Shown here one piece after another: positions 53,644 to 61,916 of a stretch of 64,000 nt of DNA. The position numbers were made by a program, and so were the translations under genes. Every line of letters begins with the position of its first letter. Within the stretch, counting starts at the first letter, position 1. The DNA lies in NCBI GenBank assembly GCA_964562145.1, contig CAZLSP010000011.1, positions 16,259-80,258 of the forward strand, read 5' to 3'. The notes under the pieces were generated by a model. That model was not told where the DNA came from, made no database searches, and saw nothing but the letters and a program-made list of their open reading frames with translations. Source of the stretch: an uncultured Anaerolinea sp. GTDB lineage: Bacteria; Chloroflexota; Anaerolineae; Anaerolineales; Villigracilaceae.

Positions 53644-55281
53644 TTAGGCTTTTTCCAGAACCGCGGCCATTTCGCAAATCCCTGTGGGGCAAACCCCCAG
53701 ACGAATATGCGCTTCGACTTCGGCGCGGAAATATTTCAGGGTGTCACGGATCGGCACGGCGGCGGTTTGTCCGAGGCCGCAGTTGGAAGCAATTTCCAGC
53801 TCTTCGGCCAGTTTGGTCAGCGTGTCGAGGTCTTCCAGTTTGGCGGTATTGTTGCCAATGGCGCTCAAGATGCGCAAGGCGCGTTCGGTGCCAACCCGGC
53901 AGGGGGTGCATTTCCCGCACGATTCGAACTTGAAGAACTTCATCAGCGTTGTTGCCAGGTCGACCACGCAGGTATTTTCGTCGCAAATCAGCAGTGCGCC
54001 TGAGCCGAGCGAAACACCCGCCTTGCGGAAAGATTCAAAATCCATGGGGGTGTCTTGCAGGCTGGCCGGGATGATCGAACCGCTGGAGCCGCCGGTTTGC
54101 GCCATTTTGAAGGTTGCGCCGTCTTTCATGCCCTGGCCGTAAATATTGATAATTTCACGCAGGGTGATACCCATCGGCACTTCGATCAGGCCTTTGAAGT
54201 TGACGTTGCCCAGGATGGTGTAGGTCTTGGTGCCAGGGCTGGAGGGTGTTCCAAAGGAGCGATACCACTCAGCGCCGTTCAGGATAATGGGCGGGACGTT
54301 TGCCAGGGTTTCGACGTTGTTGACCAGTGTCGGTTTGCCCCACAGGCCGTGGGTTGTTGGGTACGGGGGCCGCGCGCGTGGTTCGCCGCGTTTGCCTTCG
54401 ATCGATTCGAGCAGGGCGGTTTCTTCGCCGCATACATATGCGCCCGCGCCGCTATGGACATGAATGTCAAAATTGAAACCCGAATCAAGAATGTTATTGC
54501 CAAGCAGGCCGAAATCACGCGCCTGTACAATCGCTTTTTCGAGACGGCGCTGGGCCAACTGATATTCGCCGCGCACGTAGACGTAACCTTCGTCTGCGCC
54601 GACGCAGTAGGCCGCAATTGCCATCGCTTCGATGATGCTGTGCGGGTCGCCTTCCAGGATGACACGATCTTTGAAGGTTCCCGGTTCGCTTTCGTCGGCA
54701 TTACAGACCACATACTTTTTGGACGATTTTGTTCCGGCCACAAAGCGCCACTTGCGCCCGGTGGGGAACCCTGCCCCGCCGCGACCTTGCAGGCCCGATT
54801 GTTCCAATTCGGAGACGACCTGCATTCGTTCTTGCCCCAGGGCTTTTGCCAGCGCCTGGTAACCATCTTCGGCGATGTAATCTTCGATGTTTTCAGGGTC
54901 AATGCGACCTGTGCGGCGCGTTACAATCCGTTTTTCCATCGGGTTGGCGCCTTTGCGGGCCTTAAGCCAGCCAATACGGCCGGAAAGTTCCTTTACCGGG
55001 GCCAGCAGTTCTTCGGCAATGCGGCCTTTGTAGAGATGTTCTTCGACAATGCGATCAACATCGGTGACGGTAACCGGGCCGTAGGCGGCCGCTTCGGGGT
55101 AGACAATGACCAGCGGAAGGGCGTCATGCCGCCCTGCATCTGCAATTTGCGAAAGGGAGACTTCCTCGCTCAAGCCAAATTCGGCCAGCTTTTCTTCAAA
55201 GCGGCGGTACACATCCACTGCGCCACGGCGCAGGCTGTCAGGGTCGTTTGAAACCAGGATCATTGAACGGGCAAATTTCAT
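53644..55281 (-). CDS. NuoF/HoxF-like NAD(H)- and FMN-binding subunit (no C-terminal ferredoxin domain; Cys-less Trx-like N-domain)
   Basis: Start set to ATG 55281 (MKFARSMILVSNDP; 545 aa) with GAGAGG upstream. GRGGAGFPTGRKW, CNADESEPGTFKDR, ESCGKCTPCRVG, SNCGLGQTA. Confidence 0.88.
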   Translation of the reverse strand: MKFARSMILVSNDPDSLRRGAVDVYRRFEEKLAEFGLSEEVSLSQIADAGRHDALPLVIVYPEAAAYGPVTVTDVDRIVEEHLYKGRIAEELLAPVKELSGRIGWLKARKGANPMEKRIVTRRTGRIDPENIEDYIAEDGYQALAKALGQERMQVVSELEQSGLQGRGGAGFPTGRKWRFVAGTKSSKKYVVCNADESEPGTFKDRVILEGDPHSIIEAMAIAAYCVGADEGYVYVRGEYQLAQRRLEKAIVQARDFGLLGNNILDSGFNFDIHVHSGAGAYVCGEETALLESIEGKRGEPRARPPYPTTHGLWGKPTLVNNVETLANVPPIILNGAEWYRSFGTPSSPGTKTYTILGNVNFKGLIEVPMGITLREIINIYGQGMKDGATFKMAQTGGSSGSIIPASLQDTPMDFESFRKAGVSLGSGALLICDENTCVVDLATTLMKFFKFESCGKCTPCRVGTERALRILSAIGNNTAKLEDLDTLTKLAEELEIASNCGLGQTAAVPIRDTLKYFRAEVEAHIRLGVCPTGICEMAAVLEKA

Positions 55282-55291
55282 TGTTCGCCTC

Positions 55292-55810
55292 TCATTCATA
55301 TTTGGCGAAAATGCCGGCCAGTTGTTCTGGCGTGACATTGCCATAGACATCGTCATCCACCAGCATTACTGGGCCAACGCCGCAAATGCCCAGGCAGCTC
55401 ACGGTTTTGAGCGTGAAACGTCCTTCGGGGTCGGTTTGACCGGCTTTAAGCTTAAGAGTTTGCTGAATGGCCTTCCACAGTTCGCGTCCGCCTTCCACAT
55501 GGCAAGGCGCCGATTCGCAGAACTGCACCACATGCCGGCCCACCTCTTGGGTGTTGAGCATGTGATAGAACGAAGCCAGTCCGTACAATTGACCTTCCGA
55601 GACCAGGACATGCTCTTCGGGTTGGTGCAGCAGCTTGCGTGCCAGCCGAATAGCCCGGGCCGGGATATAACCGTACTCGTGGTTGATTTCCAGCAAGATC
55701 GGGATGAAGGCGTCGGCGTGGGCGCCATGTCTCTCGACCGCAGTTTCCACAATGCCGGTCAGGTCTTTCTCTTGTCCCGCCTGGAGCGGGGCTTCCGCAA
55801 CTTTGAACAT
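55292..55810 (-). CDS. NuoE/HoxE-like [2Fe-2S] subunit
   Basis: 172 aa. FCESAPCHVEGG ... VSCLGICGVGPVMLV. Confidence 0.88.
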   Translation of the reverse strand: MFKVAEAPLQAGQEKDLTGIVETAVERHGAHADAFIPILLEINHEYGYIPARAIRLARKLLHQPEEHVLVSEGQLYGLASFYHMLNTQEVGRHVVQFCESAPCHVEGGRELWKAIQQTLKLKAGQTDPEGRFTLKTVSCLGICGVGPVMLVDDDVYGNVTPEQLAGIFAKYE

Positions 55811-55833
55811 CCTGCCTCCTAAAAACCTTTTTA

Positions 55834-55856
55834 CCCTCTCCCGTGGCGGGAGAGGG
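55834..55856 (-). other. GC-rich intercistronic hairpin between the two flavoprotein modules (possible partial terminator)
   Basis: CCCTCTCCC-N5-GGGAGAGGG. On the minus strand it is followed by TAAAAAGGTTTTTAGGAGG and the next ATG. Confidence 0.5.
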
Positions 55857-55867
55857 CAGGGTGAGGG

Positions 55868-57655
55868 TTAACTCAAAACGCTGATTGCGTTGAAGTTACA
55901 AACCTGGACACAGATACCGCAGCGGATGCATTTGTCCACATCGATAAGGTGCGCTTGCCGTCGTTCGCCTGTGATGGCTTCGACCGGGCAGTTGCGCGAA
56001 CACACCGTACAACCTGTGCAGGCCGGGGCCTGGATTTCGTAACGGATGAGCGCGCGGCACACCTTCGCCGGACATTTCTTTTCGTAAATATGGGCTTCAT
56101 ACTCAGCCCGGAAGTGCTTCAACATGCTGATGACGGGGTTGGGTGCACCCTGGCCAAGACCGCACAGCGAATTCTTGGTAATCTCAACGCACAAGTCTTC
56201 CAGCAGGGCCAGGTCACTGGGTTCGCCCTTGCCTTCGCAAATTTTTTCGTGAATTTCGAGCAGGCGGCGTGTTCCCACGCGGCAGGGAGTGCATTTGCCA
56301 CACGACTCTTCCTGGGTGAATTCCATGAAGAAGCGCGCCATATCGACCATGCAGGTTTCGTCATCCATGATGATCAGGCCGCCGGAGCCCATCATCGATC
56401 CAGCCGCGGTCAGGGCCTCGTAATCAAGTGGCAGGTCGAGGTGTTCTTCCACCAGACAGCCGCCCATCGGGCCGCCCGTCTGAATCGCCTTGAACTGTTT
56501 GCCGTCTTTGATGCCGCCGCCCACGTCGAAGATGACTTCGCGCAGGGTAATGCCGAACGGCACTTCAATCAGCCCGGTATTAACCACGTCACCGGCGATG
56601 GCGAAGGTCTTGGTGCCTTTGCTCTTCTCGGTACCCATACCGGCGTACCAATCTGCGCCATTCAAGACAATCTGCGGGACAACGGCATACGTTTCGACGT
56701 TGTTGTTATTGGTGGGTTTGCCCCACACCCCTTTAACCGCCGGGAAGGGCGGGCGCGGGCGGGGTTCGCCACGTTTGCCTTCGATGGAAGCGATTAGGGC
56801 GGTTTCTTCACCGCAGACGAAAGCGCCTGCGCCCATGCGCACTTCCAGGTCAAAGGAAAAATCGGTGCCGAACACATTTTTGCCAAGGAAGCCAAATTCG
56901 CGCGCCTGGGCAATGGCAATGTTCAGGTTTTGAACCGCAATTGGGTACTCTGCGCGGCAGTAAATGTAACCCATGCTCGCGCCGATAGCGTACGCGGCGA
57001 TAATCATGCCTTCTACCACCGAATGCGGGTCGCTTTCGAGCACGCGGCGGTTCATAAACGCGCCGGGATCACCTTCGTCTGCGTTGCAGGTCAGGTATTT
57101 GGGGTTATCAGGCACCTGGCGGCAGAGTTGCCACTTGCGCGCGGCCGGGAAACCCGCGCCGCCGCGCCCGCGCAACCCAGATTTCATCACTTCGTCGATA
57201 ACCTGTTCCGGTTTCATCTCGGTGATGACCTTGGCCAGCGCTGAATAGCCATCTTCGGCGATGTAGTCTTCAATGTTGTGCGGGTCGATCTTGCCGCAGT
57301 TGCGCAATACAATGCGAACTTCTTTGGGCTTGGGCGCGCCGAGCTCTTCGTCGGTAATCGCCTTTTCCTGGGCGCGGAATTTTTCGACCACGCGGCCCTT
57401 GAGGAAGTGCTCTTCAACCAGGTAGGGGATGTCGTCCACGCTCAGGCTGGCGTAGTGAACATTTTCCGGGTAAACGAGCATGTCGGGGCCGAAGCGGTGC
57501 GGGTCGCCAATGCGCGACGTTTCCAGCACTTGCACTTCATCATTCAAGCCCTGCGCGATCAATTCGTCGTTCAGGGCGTCAATCACTTCGTGCGCCCCGC
57601 GAGACAGGCACTCAGGATCTACAGATACTAGGATGTGTGAACGATAAAAAGCCAT
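55868..57655 (-). CDS. NuoF/HydB-like flavoprotein with C-terminal 2x[4Fe-4S] ferredoxin domain (bifurcating-HydB architecture; Cys-poor Trx-like N-domain)
   Basis: Start set to ATG 57655 (MAFYRSHILVSVDP; 595 aa). GRGGAGFPAARKW, CNADEGDPGAFMNR, ESCGKCTPCRVG, C-terminal CTGCTVCSRNCP ... CIRCGICVQVC. Confidence 0.88.
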   Translation of the reverse strand: MAFYRSHILVSVDPECLSRGAHEVIDALNDELIAQGLNDEVQVLETSRIGDPHRFGPDMLVYPENVHYASLSVDDIPYLVEEHFLKGRVVEKFRAQEKAITDEELGAPKPKEVRIVLRNCGKIDPHNIEDYIAEDGYSALAKVITEMKPEQVIDEVMKSGLRGRGGAGFPAARKWQLCRQVPDNPKYLTCNADEGDPGAFMNRRVLESDPHSVVEGMIIAAYAIGASMGYIYCRAEYPIAVQNLNIAIAQAREFGFLGKNVFGTDFSFDLEVRMGAGAFVCGEETALIASIEGKRGEPRPRPPFPAVKGVWGKPTNNNNVETYAVVPQIVLNGADWYAGMGTEKSKGTKTFAIAGDVVNTGLIEVPFGITLREVIFDVGGGIKDGKQFKAIQTGGPMGGCLVEEHLDLPLDYEALTAAGSMMGSGGLIIMDDETCMVDMARFFMEFTQEESCGKCTPCRVGTRRLLEIHEKICEGKGEPSDLALLEDLCVEITKNSLCGLGQGAPNPVISMLKHFRAEYEAHIYEKKCPAKVCRALIRYEIQAPACTGCTVCSRNCPVEAITGERRQAHLIDVDKCIRCGICVQVCNFNAISVLS

Positions 57656-57676
57656 AATTAAGAACCTTTGCTTGGC

Positions 57677-57706
57677 GTCATTGCCCAAAATTGGGGGAGC
57701 AATGAC
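57677..57706 (-). other. Intercistronic stem-loop (Trx-like / NuoF-like junction)
   Basis: GTCATTGC...GCAATGAC (8 bp) with an inner CCAA/TTGG pairing. Confidence 0.45.
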
Positions 57707-57718
57707 CCTTCTTTGGGA

Positions 57719-58087
57719 TTACGCCGGGACGACGTAGTCGTTGACGACCTTGCCGCCCTGGACATGCTGTTCCATAATCTGCTGTGCCACAAACGGGGTT
57801 ACTTTTCCATAGGTTACCGGGGCGGCCTCGCCAATAATGACCTGCACAATCGGTTCCCACGAATCCATGCCGATGTTACCGGTCTGGCGGACGGTGATAT
57901 TCGCCAGGTTTTTCTCTTCGATGATTCCCAGGATCTCTTTCAGGGTTTCGCGCGCGCCTGCGGCAATGCCCGGTGTCCCCATCCCAACAACAATCTGGAT
58001 GCTGCCCGGTGCCGATTTGATATCACGCTTTTTGAGGGCTTCTTCGCGAATTTTTTTCAGGTCTTCCAGTGATTTTACGGTAGGCAT
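57719..58087 (-). CDS. Thioredoxin-like [2Fe-2S]-ferredoxin-fold protein (HydD-like) lacking all cysteines
   Basis: 122 aa. IQIVVGMGTPGIAAGARETL ... RQTGNIGMDSWEPIVQV matches the Trx-like ferredoxin pattern, with the four Cys positions replaced. No Cys anywhere in the ORF. Confidence 0.7.
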   Translation of the reverse strand: MPTVKSLEDLKKIREEALKKRDIKSAPGSIQIVVGMGTPGIAAGARETLKEILGIIEEKNLANITVRQTGNIGMDSWEPIVQVIIGEAAPVTYGKVTPFVAQQIMEQHVQGGKVVNDYVVPA

Positions 58088-58143
58088 ATTCTCTCCTTGT
58101 TCCAGTTTCCCTTCTTCCGATGAAGGCAGAAGGCCGGTGAGGG

Positions 58144-58707
58144 TTAATTCAAAACCTTTTGGGCCTCACCGATCCCATCCTCGAGCATCCCACGCAGGTA
58201 GGTGAGCACTTCGGGGTGGGTGATGGGCAGGCCATCCAGGGTTTCTTTGATCGGCTCGTCATCGTATTCGAAGGCTTCTTCCGAACCGTTTTTGCGGGCC
58301 GTATAGTTAAAGATCCAATGAATATCGGGATGGGCGACTGACAGGCCCAAAAAGGTGGTGGGCAAGTTCCCGAGCGGCATCCGGTCGATGTGCGAATGCT
58401 GGAAGGTCACTTCTACCCGTGTGCCGACTCCCGGCTGCGAGGCAATCTTCAGCCCGCCGTTGGTTTCTTCTGCGGCTCCCTTAAGCAGCGGAATTCCGAG
58501 ACCTACCTTGCGGGTGGTGCGGCTGGTGTAAAACGGGTCTGTCACTTTGCGGACGGTTTCTGCGTCCATCCCGCGCCCATCATCTTCAATGCTGGCTGTC
58601 AATACATCAGTGTTCAGGTCTTCGCAAATGGTGATTTTCACCGTCTGCGCACCCGCAGAGACGCTATTTTCGGCCAGGTCGAGGAGATGAAGGGCAATTT
58701 CTTTCAT
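58144..58707 (-). CDS. Small HATPase_c (histidine-kinase-like ATPase) protein
   Basis: 187 aa. HLLDLAENSVSAGA (N box), IEDDGRGMD (G1), GLGIPLLK (G2). Confidence 0.8.
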   Translation of the reverse strand: MKEIALHLLDLAENSVSAGAQTVKITICEDLNTDVLTASIEDDGRGMDAETVRKVTDPFYTSRTTRKVGLGIPLLKGAAEETNGGLKIASQPGVGTRVEVTFQHSHIDRMPLGNLPTTFLGLSVAHPDIHWIFNYTARKNGSEEAFEYDDEPIKETLDGLPITHPEVLTYLRGMLEDGIGEAQKVLN

Positions 58708-58742
58708 ACTTGCTCACAGGGAAGGGCGAAACGCCTTCGCGA

Positions 58743-59243
58743 TTAACCTTCCAGCAGCTTTTTGATAAGTTGCGGGAACTTGTTGGGCTTAATACGCCCG
58801 ACAACTTCTTCGTCAACCGTTACGACTGGCGCCTGTGAACAGGCCCCCACGCAGCGGCAGATTTCCATTGTCAGGTTGCCATCGGGGGTTGTTTGACCAA
58901 TATCGGTACCAGTCAGTTGTTTGGCTTTTTCAATCAACTGCGGAACCCCACCTACATAACAGGCGGTTCCCATGCAGAACTTCATGGTGTGTTTGCCGCG
59001 AGCCTGGGTGGTGAAAAAGGAATAAAAAGTGACAACGCCATGCACTGCGCTGACCGGCACACGCATTTTCTTGGCGATGTAAGCCTGCATTGGTTCTGAG
59101 ACATAACCTACCTGGCTTTGGGTGTTGTTCAAGACGACCATCAGAGCGCCCGGGCGGTCTTTGTTTTCGGCGATGATCTGGTCGAGGATGGCGCGTTTGT
59201 TATCGCATAATCCATCAGTATGGGTGGGTGTTGCTTCTTCCAT
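58743..59243 (-). CDS. NuoE/HydC-like [2Fe-2S] subunit
   Basis: 166 aa. KFCMGTACYVGG ... EICRCVGACSQAPVV. Confidence 0.88.
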   Translation of the reverse strand: MEEATPTHTDGLCDNKRAILDQIIAENKDRPGALMVVLNNTQSQVGYVSEPMQAYIAKKMRVPVSAVHGVVTFYSFFTTQARGKHTMKFCMGTACYVGGVPQLIEKAKQLTGTDIGQTTPDGNLTMEICRCVGACSQAPVVTVDEEVVGRIKPNKFPQLIKKLLEG

Positions 59244-59267
59244 GCTAAACTCCGTGTTATGGATAAT

Positions 59268-59285
59268 ATGTGAAAAATTTCACAA
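59268..59285. promoter_or_regulatory. Rex-type operator in front of the NuoE/HATPase/Trx/NuoF unit
   Basis: ATGTGAA-AAAT-TTCACAA matches 13 of the 14 specified positions of TTGTGAA-N4-TTCACAA. Lies 25 nt upstream of ATG 59243 and just downstream of a TTGACA-17-TAAACT promoter. Confidence 0.6.
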
Positions 59286-59293
59286 TCAACCCT

Positions 59294-59322
59294 AGTTTAC
59301 TCGCTCATTTGCTGGATGTCAA
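59294..59322 (-). promoter_or_regulatory. Candidate internal sigma70 promoter
   Basis: Minus strand reads TTGACA (59322-59317), 17 nt, TAAACT (59299-59294). Confidence 0.4.
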
Positions 59323-59419
59323 ATAACAAATGTCATATTGTAGGGTGAAGGTTATCTATCCCTGATCACCCGTTGGAATGGCGTGACAGGGATGGGCGTG
59401 ACGGTCGCCCCGGTGGGGA

Positions 59420-60154
59420 TTAAGCTTGCAGGTGGAGCTGGCGTCCACCTTGGCTGGAAAGTGCCAGGCGGATTTCGGCGATGCTCGGGGCGGCCAGGGT
59501 CAACCTGGTGGAGCCCAGGAAGCCATCGAGCAGGTGTACATCACCGCTCTGGAAGAGCGGGTAGCCGCGCAGCTGCGGGAATTTTTGCCGGGCCGCATCG
59601 GGTTGGATATGGCGGGAGATTTCAAGCGCCTCGAACCCGGGTGGGACCAGCCCCAAGATTTCGATTAGCCCGTTGGCTTTACGGTCTACATGGGCCGGGA
59701 TGGCCAGCCCGCCCAGGGCATTTACCTGCGCGGCAGCTTCTTCTAGCCCGATCTCGGCTGAGTTGATCAGCAAACGCTCCTCGCGGCGGATAAATTCGCC
59801 GCTGGCATCGACCACGAATTGTTCGCCGAAATATTCAATGTTATTGGGAATATTGGGGAGGCGTTGATCGACCGTTTTTTGCCAGTCGGCGACCTGTGCG
59901 AGTGTGTCGAACAGGCACAGCAGGTGGACTTCTTCGCGAGTCTGGAGTTCCATGCCGGGCAATACCACCAGGTCGGTCCCCTGTGCGGCTTCCATGACGG
60001 CGGAAATGTTGGCGCTGGCGTTGTGGTCTGTAATGGCCAGCAGGCCGATGCCGCGCTCAAGCGCTTCTTGCACAATTAACGGGGGAATCATCTCTACTGC
60101 CGCGCAGGGCGAGAGCACCGTATGAACGTGCAATTCGGCGCGGTAGGTTTTCAT
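59420..60154 (-). CDS. PHP-domain metal-dependent phosphoesterase
   Basis: Start set to ATG 60154 (MKTYRAELHVHTVLSPCA; 244 aa), 1 nt after the upstream stop. HVHT, ITDHN, PAHVDR motifs. Confidence 0.82.
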   Translation of the reverse strand: MKTYRAELHVHTVLSPCAAVEMIPPLIVQEALERGIGLLAITDHNASANISAVMEAAQGTDLVVLPGMELQTREEVHLLCLFDTLAQVADWQKTVDQRLPNIPNNIEYFGEQFVVDASGEFIRREERLLINSAEIGLEEAAAQVNALGGLAIPAHVDRKANGLIEILGLVPPGFEALEISRHIQPDAARQKFPQLRGYPLFQSGDVHLLDGFLGSTRLTLAAPSIAEIRLALSSQGGRQLHLQA

Positions 60155-60155
60155 T

Positions 60156-60500
60156 TTAGGCCTGTTTAATGCCCATACCCCATAGTTGCCCGACCACTTC
60201 ATACGTCGATTTGGTGGTCCCAAATAGATTAACGCCCTGGGCATTGGCTTTTTCAATGACAGCGGGTTCGGGCAGGCCGCCTTCGGTAATGATGATTGCC
60301 GCTATATCGTTTAGTGAGGCCACCGCAACAATGTTGACATGCGCCTGGATGGTGACCCAGATGTTACCGGGCTTGGCTCCAGCCATGACACAGCTTAGTA
60401 AATCGGATGCGTACCCGCCGCTGGGCCGCATGGCAGAAAAGTCTTGGGGTTCAGTGAAAACCGTCAGGTTAAAGTAAGCGATCACATCTTCCAGGTTCAT
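60156..60500 (-). CDS. DRTGG-domain protein
   Basis: Start set to ATG 60500 (MNLEDVIAYF; 114 aa). GGYASDLLSCVMAGAKPGNIWVTIQAH...IIITEG. Confidence 0.75.
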   Translation of the reverse strand: MNLEDVIAYFNLTVFTEPQDFSAMRPSGGYASDLLSCVMAGAKPGNIWVTIQAHVNIVAVASLNDIAAIIITEGGLPEPAVIEKANAQGVNLFGTTKSTYEVVGQLWGMGIKQA

Positions 60501-60501
60501 T

Positions 60502-61524
60502 TCAGGCTCCGTTGTTTTCAGGTGCAGATTCAGGGGGTTCGCTTTCTTTGAAGCGCTCATCGGGGCGCAGGTAAATTTCCATGAGCAGTTTGGTGCCCTT
60601 CCCAGGCGTGGAGTCGAGATCCATCCGGTCGACGCAGCGGCGGATGTTGACCAGCCCCATGCCCGCGCCAAAGCCCATATCGCGCACTTCCTGGGTGGCG
60701 GTTGACCAGCCGGGGGTTAGCGCCTGTTCGACATTGGCAATGCCGGGGCCGTCGTCGGTGGTTTGCATCAGGATGCGATGCGGTTCAATTTGCACCCGCA
60801 TGATGCCGCCGTGATCGGTATGGATGATCAGGTTCATTTCGGCTTCGTAAATGGCAATCCCGCACTGGCGCGCCAGTTGTGGGTTGGCGCCCAGGCGCAG
60901 CAGCGCGCGTTTGATGTGGCTGGACGCCTGCCCACCATTGACATAGTCGCGGGCTTTGATGTTGTAGCGCAAGATCAGGCTGGTGCGGTCAGAAGTGATG
61001 TCTTCAAAGAGGTGGCTGGCGCGGTAACGGCGCAGTTCTTCTTCTTTATAATCTTTTTGCAGGGCGGTCAGGATGCCGCGCGTGATATCGCCTTTGGTGA
61101 TGATGCCAACCAGTTTGTCGGTCTCATCGACCACCGGCAGGCGGCCAACGCGATATTCACTAAAGGTCTCAAGGGCTTTGACAACCGAATCGTAGGCGTT
61201 GACGCTGACAACGGTGTTGCTCATGTACTGGCTGACCGGCATGGAAAGCTCATTCTTTTCCATGGCGCGGACGATGTCCTCGATGCTTAAAATTCCCACC
61301 AGGTTGCCGTTGGTGATGACCGGGACACCAGAAATGCGCCCGATGCGTAAGATTTCGAGCACTTCCGAAACCTTCATCGCGGGGGTGACGCTTCTGACTT
61401 CACGCGTCATGACCTCGTTGATTTTCAGGTCATACGAAAGTTCTTCCACGCGGCTGATGTCGCGGGCATCGCGGTCGGTGATCGGGCGGCCTTTGCGGCC
61501 GTAAAGCTCCTGGAGGCTAGACAT
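60502..61524 (-). CDS. CBS-pair + HATPase_c (anti-sigma-factor-type serine kinase-like) protein
   Basis: Start set to ATG 61524 (MSSLQELYGRK; 340 aa), overlapping the upstream TAG by 8 nt. Two CBS repeats, then AIYEAEMNLIIH...TDDGPGI...GFGAGMGL. Confidence 0.8.
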   Translation of the reverse strand: MSSLQELYGRKGRPITDRDARDISRVEELSYDLKINEVMTREVRSVTPAMKVSEVLEILRIGRISGVPVITNGNLVGILSIEDIVRAMEKNELSMPVSQYMSNTVVSVNAYDSVVKALETFSEYRVGRLPVVDETDKLVGIITKGDITRGILTALQKDYKEEELRRYRASHLFEDITSDRTSLILRYNIKARDYVNGGQASSHIKRALLRLGANPQLARQCGIAIYEAEMNLIIHTDHGGIMRVQIEPHRILMQTTDDGPGIANVEQALTPGWSTATQEVRDMGFGAGMGLVNIRRCVDRMDLDSTPGKGTKLLMEIYLRPDERFKESEPPESAPENNGA

Positions 61525-61888
61525 CGTCGTGGTTGGGGAGGGTCGATTCGAAGCTGTGCAGCCCGGCTTCGTACAACCTGCCGCACAATTCGAACATCCC
61601 GTAGGGGCTGGTGATGAGCGGGATGTTTTCCTGGGCGGCCAGTTCGATGGTTTCGGGCTGGGGAATTTTCCCGCGTACAAAGACAATCGCGCGCACATCC
61701 GCCATCTGGGCTGTGCGTACCACCTGCACATTGCACAATCCGGTCAGTAGAACGGCATCCGGTTTAATGGAGGCCAGTACATCGCTCATTAAGTCGGCCC
61801 CGCACCCGCCGCGAATTTCGCGGTTAAGGGATACGTTGGGTGTTAACAGCGTCCCACTCACTACTTTAATAAGGCTTTTGACGTCCAT
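61517..61888 (-). CDS. DRTGG-domain protein
   Basis: 123 aa. GGCGADLMSDVLASIKPDAVLLTGLCNVQVVRTA...IVFVRG. Confidence 0.75.
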   Translation of the reverse strand: MDVKSLIKVVSGTLLTPNVSLNREIRGGCGADLMSDVLASIKPDAVLLTGLCNVQVVRTAQMADVRAIVFVRGKIPQPETIELAAQENIPLITSPYGMFELCGRLYEAGLHSFESTLPNHDDV

Positions 61889-61916
61889 AAGATAAAAATA
61901 ACTCCTTGCTTGAGCA

